Both the position numbers and the translations under genes were made by a program. This document shows, in pieces, positions 52,501 to 64,000 of a stretch of DNA of 64,000 nucleotides. Origin of the DNA: Ptychomitrium polyphyllum (taxonomy: Eukaryota); contig OZ316775.1 of NCBI GenBank assembly GCA_973851085.1, forward strand, positions 21,390,001-21,454,000. The letters are read 5' to 3'. Numbering within the stretch: the first letter of the stretch is position 1; every line of letters begins with the position of its first letter. Under the pieces are notes generated by a model that worked only from the letters and a program-made list of their open reading frames with translations, did no database searches and was not told where the DNA came from.

Positions 52501-54284
52501 AAAATCTCAAGAAACATTAGTGCATGGAAAATAAGACTTGAAGTTTAATATAAAAAAACACATAATTTTTTTAATAAAATTAAAATTGGTAATGAATTTC
52601 TAAAGTGTGCTTTAAAAAAAAGTAAAAAATTGCCAATAGATCAACTCATCAATTACCCAACAATAAAGGATAACCATCACTTAATGAATGCATAAGCACC
52701 CAACTTCCATTTTATAACCAGTGTGCCCCAAATCTATGTCCAAATATATGATTTCTTTCCTAACGTGGTATAAATATGTTTCTCCTGCTCATCCATCGAT
52801 CCACCACACCACTTACCAAGCCTGAACCACCAATGACAAGATATTTATGGTTAATGGTAATGCACATGCTGGCGATGAATGTTCGGTGATAATGGGTTGG
52901 ACTACAATAAGTGCCACAATGTTTCCATAAGTGTTACAATGCAGTTCAACAATTCCATTGGAGGAACTCTGAGAGAGCTTCTAGCCTGCTTCCTTGTGTC
53001 GCCATTGCATGCCCTCTGGCATGAGCTCTTCAAGTGTCCAGTTCATGCAGAGCATGCAGAGCTGCATGGCGTACTCGCCATTCTACAAGCTGCCGAGTCT
53101 AACGAAGCAGTTCCAGTTGCCGACTCTCAGTGTCAGCGGCTTAGAGCTTCTGAAACCAATCAAAATTCCCAAAGGTAGGCCTCTAGATCTGAGTGGATAT
53201 GTTGTAAACCTACACGAAAGAAATCAAATAACAACAGTTGAGACGGTGAAGAGAGCGCTGTGAGAAATCAAATGATTGAAGCTGTTGATTTAGTGCAGTT
53301 TTCTTAAACGATCTTATCATTTAAAGACGTTTTCGTATATCAACAGCTGGTCCACATTTGGTAGTAGACAGTTAGATTTGGCGGCAGGTCTTCAGCTGCG
53401 ATGAATTGCCTATTTTCAAATCTATTGGCAGTTACTTGCTCAGCAAGTCATGGATGGCGTCGGCACACAGACTGGTGGATGTCACTTGGCACCCGTGATT
53501 TTCTAGTGCTATTTGTAGCCGATTTGCTAAACTTAAAATATGGTTGCTAACCTTAATGAAATTTTTTGAATGTTTTGAATGTAAAGGTGCATAGCCAAAT
53601 TTTATCTAGGCTTTACTTAAATAAATACCATCATGGTATCACCAAGTATAACCCAGGTATCACATGAGTAATAGGAAAAGAATGCAGGGATTCACCTTTT
53701 ACCCTTCACTGCCAAAGGATGAAAACAAAGGACAGACTAATTCGAGATTCTTGTGTTGTCTGTCAGGGGTATGAAACTCGTACAGGTATAGGGTCCTAGG
53801 TGGTCTTACGGATACACCTATAAGACTAAAAATTTAGAAGCAGTCCCCTATTTATGTTGGATAGTTTGCAAAAGTTAAGATATAGAGTTGTTAAAACTAT
53901 TACTTTTCCTGAAATCTTGAAGACATTTCAAAAAATCTGAGTAAATTATGAGTTCATCGTCATTTCGAGTTTAGTTGGTGAGTGTGACATACCCAGGAAT
54001 AAAGGTTCCAGAATCCATTGCCCCGACCTGAAACGAAGAAGAACCCACCTGCGCTCACCCAAAAGCGTGTACAATTACGATCTCATTCGAGCCACCAGGG
54101 GCACTTTCACAACTACAGAGTAAGAATACAAACGCCGTTTAGACACATTAACAAAAAAGAGGCGGGTAAGATAGCAGCAACATCATACGCACCGCACTCA
54201 TATTATTATGCTTCTCCGCCATTCAAGCACTGAGAGCCTGAGGTTCTAAAACTTATCTTACCCACTTGAGTTGACAGATCTCAC

Positions 54285-56320
54285 CTTGCGGTCACCACCT
54301 TGGCTCAGAAGGGGCTCTTACTACCTCGGCAGCACCTCCAGCAACACACGCTCAACTCACAATATCTCTGTGCATCAAGCAATCAAATCATAATCAGTCA
54401 AATCCAACACATTGATCATTGCAACCTTATGCTGCCAAAGTATACTAAGACTTCATCATAAGCACCTTCATAGTAATACATAATGTGATATACCAGCGCA
54501 TATTCGAAGAACGGTGTACATACCCATCGGCTGAGACTTCGGTAACCCAGATTGATGATCTATTAAAAGGCATGTTCGGATGGGATCACTCCATCCAAGC
54601 CAGCTTACTCCCATCTGGACTCAGCCTCGAAAAACTATAGAAACCCCTGCCATTAACGAGGACCTACAGCTCTGTTTACAGTTCAGAAATAGGCACCAAC
54701 ATGTTCATTTTACAGATTAAAGTGAGAGATGAGAAAGCAATTTACCTATACCACTACACAGCTAGACCTTACGGTGCAAGACTAAGTTCAAACTTGGAGG
54801 TCCTTCAGCAGAGAGCTTCTAAATATGTTCACCAACTTTCGCAGAATTGCAAGGCTTTGGTACTGGAAATAGAAGAGTTTGAGGGACACCATTAAAAGCT
54901 AAGTCAAAAAGGGATCAAATACGTACCAGTATTGGGATCTCCTTTCAGGTTCACAGCCACAATTTCAGTGGTCGATTCAACTCCAACTCCTCTCTGCTGA
55001 CAACCTACAAAGACGGCGCTCCAACTAAATTTTAGAAAGACATCATATAAACCACCTTCATGCTCTTCTTCATCAAACATTCAAATCCTAAACATGACAC
55101 AATTATAGTAGCCTTCTTCTACAAGCTCTAGTCACTCGAATCCAATCCATTTGCTCTCGCTCCAGCCTTGACAACTTGTTACCTTACCAATATACACAAG
55201 CCTTCCACAGTAATCTCTCCCATCGTGAACGATTTATAGCAACGCCCTCCCCAAGAATGTTTATTCTCCAGTCAGAAATGATTAACGTAACTCATAAATT
55301 TTGGCGTGCAATCATAACTTAAATACCGGATTACACCGGTCCGAGAATAATTCCAGAAGGAAAATAGAGCATAAAATGGAAGTTTCTCTCAAATATGCCA
55401 ATCAACTGGCCATCAAACTAAGAGCCATTTACATTCAGCGCAGAGTAAATCACCTTTTCTCACAATAATAATGCGCTCAAACTTGGCATCGTAATCTCTG
55501 TCCGCACAGCGAACTGGCTGCTCCCCGTCATACGTCGGAGTGAGAGCAATGAGACTCCGATCTAACCACACAGGTTAAACCCAAACTCAGTGTCAATGAT
55601 CCTCATTAGTTGCAAACATAAAGGCAAAGCACGAAACTAGGGCTAAGACTGTGTACCAGCCAGAGCCATAGCCATACCGCCATCAAGCGCTTGCTTGTAT
55701 AGCCTCTGATCAACAAAGTTGGAAAACACAATGGTGTCCCCGTGATTCGCTAATGTGAATGCTCCCCCCGGTGCACTCATGGACCACAGTGCGCACATTA
55801 AAGCCTTCAGGGGTGATATCCTAAGCTCAGCTCCACTTCTCAGCAACACAGCACACCTGCAGTCGATCGACAACCCAATCCTCACACTTGTCCTATTACA
55901 AAATCATGCTAAACTCTGATATTCAACCAACCAAAAGCTAAGCCCGTCGAGATCAAATGTAAACCTAAAGTATAGACGGAAACCTAACTTTCCAGCTTGA
56001 ATAGGCAATAAATCAATTGCTGCTATGATCTACAGTTTCCATTGGTAAACAACGACATTCTGAAACAGAAAGAACAAAACCATGGGTTGAGATTGAAGGT
56101 CGATAGCCAGACAATCATCTTCGCCAAACCCATCTTCCGAAGGTCGAACTTCCAGCCACAGCAATCACCCCTCCAAGTCGATAACCACTCCCTCGAGGCG
56201 CTTGGATAGGCCTGCGATAAAACCGGCAGTCAATGGTGACTTCCATGATCCACATGGCGCTTCAATTGGCTTCTTCGCTAAACTAATTGCAACCACGTCT
56301 ACTCCCCGGCGACGATGACT
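54285..56320 (-). pseudogene. Pseudogene of an S9-family (prolyl oligopeptidase/acylaminoacyl peptidase-like) peptidase; only N-terminal exons are recognisable
   Basis: Intron-separated exons: APCGSWKSPLTA...SKRLEG...EG*LLWLEVRPSEDG; *DITPEGFNVRTVVHE/frameshift/GGAF...FSNFVDQRLYKQ; LTPTYDG...RCAD; TTEIVAVNL; L*VLVNGRGFYSFSRLSPDGSKLAWME*SHPNMPF; S*ACVAGG...PSEPRW*PQG. At least 6 stops and one frameshift; no catalytic GxSxG exon is visible. Confidence 0.88.
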
Positions 56321-58235
56321 CCACACTTGGTACAATGCACTGAAAGCAAACCACACACACCGACACAATCCGCATGTGCTCCAGAGCAGCTCGTGTTGCC
56401 AAAACCGAATTGCACCTGCACGATGCACAGACTCATTCCCTGCACGTCCAACACAACAGTTGCAACACTGGATTATAACAAGCTGTTATGTGCGGAATCT
56501 TCGAGCGCGGATGTCACAATACTTGCAATTCTGAAATGCTAGATTTCCATCAACATCAGTATTGCATGGTGCGATGGCCCTCTGTCAGTTCTGCGTGCCT
56601 TTGTTTGCTACAGATTTGCCCTAATGCCACTGTGATAGAAGGGATTTCACATTGTGTTTCCCATCTCTGGCGACATGCAAATTGACGTCAAGTTGTGATC
56701 AGCCTATGTTTGCACATGGTGGCTTTTCATACCTTGCATACCTGATGGCTTTTTGTTCCTTGCGAACATAGATCGAGATTCAAACGCTTAACCTTTATAT
56801 GACATTTTCATCAAACTGGTTCAAGCTCTTGAGTTATTAGTGAATTGAAGTTGATATTGAATCACGAAATACTTTATCTCAATAGACTACCTATGGATGG
56901 AGAGCATCTGTGGATCACAAGGCTCCAAGGAGATGATATTGAGGAGGATCACAATGCCGAACGATAATATTAAAACGGAATATGAACTATTATCCAGACT
57001 CATGTGGCATGCGGAGTTGCTCCATCTAGACCTATAATATAGTGGATGAAAGCAGCTGGTTGCCAAAGAATGGAACTATTAATGAAATGTTACCATCAAG
57101 CGCACAGTATGCAATTTAATACAAAAGAACTGGAATGTACGTTATACATCTGAATTAGAACTTAAATTCATGTTTGATTAGATAGGAGTAATTGGTTTAT
57201 GAATGACCTGGATTATATATAAGCCTGGAGTGATCAGTTGGTATCCATACTCACACGGTAAAATAGGGTATTTTTGTAGTCAACCTTCATTCACTGACTC
57301 AACCTCACACAGTATTGTTCTATGGGAGGAATTCTGCTACCACTAAGAAGAGTGCTGTGAGATTCACCATATCTCGATCAAACAACACCAGACAATTGCA
57401 CCCTTTTATAGAAAATTTGAGAAATCCCAGGTCGAAGCATTGTACCTGATTGCAGCCTACATAATTCTACTGATCTTAGTGCAGATACATATGAACCATG
57501 TATCAGTGACATTCAAACCTAAGGCCCCGCACATATTCTGTAGGCCATATCACAGGCATCGAGTGAATCAGGTGCAAGAGGTAACTAGTAAAAGCTGTTC
57601 AAGGGTCCAGGTCAGAATTACGTACATAGTACACGTGTAGATACATATGAACATCAAGTACATGAAGCATATACTGGCAGGTTACCTTGACATGAAGCTG
57701 AAGAGAATTTTCTCACTGCATACATTGGTATGTGATAAGCCAACTGCAATCCGAAGCCATCTAGAAGCTCAAGAAAGTGCTGTCATGTTCCACACGACGT
57801 TGATGGTCTCCTCAGCTTAGAGAGAACCGCAGATTGTCTTGAGACTAGGCCCGCCAAGTAGTCACCAGAAAAGAACAATTAGACAAATATCAGACCATGC
57901 GTCAATTTCCAGCTGATATTGCAGCCAATTTTGTGTTCACGGAAGCTACTACATAAAAGAAACACAACCTCGAGAAATGGAAGTATCTGTACCTATTTCC
58001 TACGGTCACGTTGTCAAAAACCTCCTTAATCCACCGTTGTAAGCCACTACATATCTCGACCACTTTTGGCTACTTGTTACGTGCGAGCGCTTAGTCCTAC
58101 CCCAGACTACTCAAAATTGAAACAAAGTGGAGTGGCCACCTACAAGGCTATAGAATAGCACGTCAGAGTACTCTTCTTATACCACAAGCTCTGGGAAATA
58201 CACCAGAAACTCCCAAGAGGTAATAAAGTAAAAAA

Positions 58236-59707
<1,472 letters not shown>

Positions 59708-59924
59708 GACGACTGCCTGGTTGTTGACCCTGCCGCGAGGCTGCGAGACGGCGAGGAATTGGCACCTGCAGTGCAATGTGGGGATGGAGGGCAGCGATCA
59801 GGCAGCACTGTTAGCGACAAAGCCACCAAGGCCGGCGTGGGCGCCAAAAACCACAGCCAGCGCTGTGAGTGCTGCAATGTAACGACGGAAAGCCACCAAA
59901 CGACCCACGGCTGCCGACGTTGCC

Positions 59925-60145
59925 CTCTTTCTCGTTGCTCCTCTGTCCGTCACTGCACTTCCAAGGTTCACCTCTTTCTCGTTGCTTTCGTTAGTTATCG
60001 CACTTCCGGTGCGTTCTTTCCCGTTGCTCCCGTTAGTTACTGCCCTTCTGTCGTGGACTTTCTCGTTGCTGTATTTTGGTTGTGCTCTTTCTCACTGCTC
60101 CCGGCAGTCACTATACTTCCCTGTGCTCTTTCTTGTTGCTCCCGT
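59925..60145. repeat. Degenerate ~42-bp tandem array, 6 units, upstream of SmD1
   Basis: The core CTCTTTCTCGTTGCT(C) recurs six times, and four units continue with GT(T/C)ACTGCACTTCC-like sequence. Confidence 0.8.
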
Positions 60146-63128
60146 GAGGTAGGAGCACCTTAGCGGTACAATATTTTGTCATTGTTATCAAAATATTGTT
60201 ATAGGTTGGTGGCCTTTGTCATCCTTACAGATCTATCTACTTTTGAAGCTTATTATGACAAATAGTTCATTAAGACATTGTTTTATTCAATATTTGGATC
60301 TTGTATTATAAAAATGCACATTTTACTAAATTATAAATGTAAAAAGATGTAAAATTTAGACCAAGTCAAAGTTTACGTTTATTTTAAACAAAAGTAGCCT
60401 TGCAAAGATGAGGTCATAAATGCAAGCAACACAAAAACTTCAAATAATCACTACATTAATAATATCACATTTCATTTCCACTACAATAAACATTGTTCAA
60501 ACAACATGAAGTCAAAATGTACTAGTTTAAACCTTAGATTTCATTTAAGCAATACATGTGGATTATCCTAATATAATTTAAATATATTTTGAAGAAAAAG
60601 CATCCAATAAGCATGGACTGCTCTTCAAGCCACAACAAAACATAAAATATATTAATTTGTGTCCTGAACAAAATTAAATCACCAATACCTTAGTCTAATC
60701 AATATTGAAGAACTTGACTTTGGTCAAATTAGCAATCAACTGAAGTGACTACCATATTTTTCTATGATTGCTAAACACAATTTAAATTCTATTTCTAGGA
60801 AAAGATGCTTCCAGCAAGGCAAGGCGTGCTAATTACAAAATGGCATATTGAAAGGTAAAACGTGAGCAACTTTAATAATGTCCAAAGGAAAAAACCAAGA
60901 TTTTGAGATTAATTTGTGTTATTTCCTTCACAAATTAGCACTGACTTAAAATTAAAATTAGAGCACAGGTACTGTCAATAATTTGTCATCACAAAATATG
61001 GAGTGTAGACACAAATAAAGGTGCCAAATTCTAAAACAAATCTTTCATCAGGAATGCGTTGTCACAAATCTATGTACAAAGTTACACCAAGTAGTGTCCA
61101 TCATAAGAGCCGTCCAACTCAAGTCATCTCCCACTAGTGTATGATGTCATGCTCGCCTCCACAGAGCATGACAAGTTGAACCATTTGGAGTCCTTGCACA
61201 CCAACCTCTTCACCTTCATGTGCGCATCCATCATAAACACTGGCCTAAACATTGATCTAGGCAGCAGCACACGGTGCTATATGACTGCAGCCGAAACAAC
61301 CACGGCCAAGGCTTGGGTCCAATCACCACGTTAAACTCCTCTTCTTGGAACCCCATACCATTGTATCTAGGCTTCTTTCTCATTTTATGAAGCAAGTGAC
61401 TATACAATTCTTTAGAACTGCCAAGATGATGAGGAAAATTTGCTTCTGGTGATGAATAAACTGTCCTTGACCTTCAAAGGCAGTTCTAACCCTAATCAAG
61501 AGTATCAAGGCTTATAGCATTGCAGGTGCAAGTTTGAGTTAGTCGAAATGAAGAACATCCACCAATCTAGCGTGAGCCATTCCCATACTATCACCGTACG
61601 TCCATTTGATATGTGGTTCCAGACATATGAGGCGATTCAAATTCTAGCGACATCATCAACAACACCAATTCGAGGCCAATGGAATTTCAACAAAATTTGA
61701 AGCCTACCAACACTCTTGATCACAATATCATATCTCCCTAAAACTCACGTCAACTCTAGCTTCCTCACCCTAGCTACTCGATTCGGCAACAAATAGAAGA
61801 GAAAACACCACCCCTACAAAGATAAACTGAAATGAGCAAAGTTATCAGAAACGACCTCTCGCAGTTGCTCAACACAGTCAACATTCTCAGTGAGAACTTA
61901 CATCGGCATTGGTGAGCTTGGTGCAAAAGTCCAGACGTAGCGGGAAGAGCGACAATGCAACCGTGGTTGGAAAAAGACCGAGAGAGCATGTATGCTGCAG
62001 TTGTCCATGAATGCTGCAGTTGTCAAACCACACAGTCACATCACAGCAACTGGTAAGTAAGTCCAGAAACTCAACATCTCAACTAGAAGTTGCTCCATCA
62101 CCAAATGTTGGAGGTAAGGAAGAGGCTACCATGGCACACTACTGCGAGCTCTAGGAAGCAACCTCTTCATTTGCCATTGCCACTAAGCCTGTACGAAACA
62201 TTTAAATGTTGAACACAAATAATGTTTTTCTTTTTGCATAGAAATAGAGATTCAACAAAAATATTATGTTTCTTAAAGATCATTTTTATTAAAAATTAGC
62301 AATAATACTTTTTAAATAACATTGTTATAAAACTCGACTTAACTTCTCTGCATCATTAAACAAAAACATTGTAAAATATAAATTAGTCTATTAATTAAGC
62401 AATATTTTAATTTTAAATATGTAAAAATAAACAATCATATATATTTTTTAAACTTTAGTAATTGAAGCTACATTTTACTTATAGAAATTTAATTAAATCA
62501 AACTAAATATTTATTAAAATTTTTGAAAAGTAATATTTTTGAAGGTTGTTTGAGTTTTAATTGATATAATCTTTTAATAACAATCACATGTTTACTTAAG
62601 TTAATTTTAAATTTAATGTGATTATCATAAATTAATTTTACTAAAAATTTAATTAAGGTTTATAAATAATTATTTATAGTCAATATATCATTAAGTATTT
62701 TTTTTAAATCTTGAATATCAAAACACATGCAAAATACAGTATTAGTTATTACTTTTTATTTATTGCAATATGATTTTACTTACCTAGAAAATAACTTTTG
62801 CCATAATTATAATATTCAAATGATTGATTCTAAATTATATAATTTAGTTATAATTGATTGATTGATTGTTTTATTTATCTATATATTGAACTTTTAATTT
62901 TATAAAGAAATGCTATAATACATTAAATTTTAATGATAGATTCTAAACATTTAGATTGAAGTTTAAAAATTATCACTTCCATTAATAACTAATATTCTTT
63001 GGAATGTCAAGTTTAACCTACTAATTGTCTTGTCTATCATTGCAACACCTTATATGTGTGCATTATAAACTTGTAGTTCTTTAAGATTTTTGGATAGACC
63101 TCCCATTCTCTATGATACTTTTAAATCT

Positions 63129-63183
63129 AAATGTGTGTCTATTTAAATTCCAAATGTGTGTCTATTTAAATTCCAAATGTATG
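63129..63183. repeat. 23-bp tandem duplication (AAATGTGTGTCTATTTAAATTCC) x2.4
   Basis: Directly visible in the AT-rich spacer. Confidence 0.85.
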
Positions 63184-64000
63184 TTTGCAAATTAGTAGTT
63201 CCCAAGTAGAAATTCCTTTAAAAGAGATTAAAAACAATTACCAAAAATCTAGTGTTTATACAATCTAAATACAATAATTCTTCAGTATACTTAGATAACA
63301 ACAAATAATGTAGAAGAAAAAAAAATAGAAGATTATGAATTTGCTATAGAGGATTCAAATAAACTCCTTTGCTTGTCCACTTACAAATCAAGGAAAGAAA
63401 TAGGACATTGGTAATGGATTGAATTAGAAAATCATTTTTTCTAACAATTTTTACATCCCAAGAATTTTGGAAATGATATCAAAGTCATCATCTTGAATTC
63501 ATTGATGTCATTTAATAGATGTTGCTATAGCTTAAAATTTAAGGGATTTTCAAGCACAAAGAAGTAATTTGAAGAATATAAGACATCTTGTGGAGAAAGA
63601 AATAATACCTAATTTATTTTAAACAATTCTTTTCTATTGCATATCTTAATGGTTGCATGTATTGCTTCTCTATAAAAATATATGTTGTCAACAAAAAAAA
63701 TCATACCAAATAATATTCATTGATAATATATTTTTAATCAGTTTATGCAAATTTATTTATGGTTATATATTATTCATTGCTATTGTTGTTTTTTGAAAAC
63801 TTTTGATTTTAAGAATATCAAAATATATAATGTTAGAACTAAGATATCTTGAGGTTTATAAGTATTGAAATATATGTACCTAAACAGCTTGCCGAGCCTT
63901 TTTTCTTAGACTCAACTTTCTAATAGACTTTAAGTTAGAATTTGGAATTTAGCATGAATAAATTTAAACGACCAACCTTATAAGCAATCAATTCAAGAAA

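Noticed and set aside
59925..60145. CRISPR-like appearance of repeats with variable linkers
   Set aside because: The repeats are degenerate, the linkers are too short and irregular, there are no cas genes, and the context is eukaryotic.

Overview
Intron-rich land-plant nuclear DNA; the gene content and style suggest a moss or other bryophyte (inference only). Moderate-GC gene islands alternate with sharply bounded, very AT-rich spacers. Nine apparently intact genes can be built from GT-AG splice sites: a divergent A-type cytochrome P450 (+), quinolinate phosphoribosyltransferase (+), a DUF1517/FLAP1-like protein (-), an organellar HflX GTPase (-), a bacterial-looking monocupin (+), 60S ribosomal protein L7a (+), an F-box protein (+), a HARE-HTH plus WRC zinc-finger protein (-) and SmD1 (-). 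There are two clear pseudogenes: a coiled-coil protein and an S9 peptidase. The most interesting observations are the cupin locus (HGT candidate with a 46-bp inverted repeat upstream and a possible uORF), an orphan miRNA-like hairpin near 49.5 kb, a degenerate ~42-bp repeat array upstream of SmD1, and the HARE-HTH/WRC domain fusion. No rRNA, tRNA, CRISPR array or intact transposon was recognised. Family assignments come from motif recall, not database searches.
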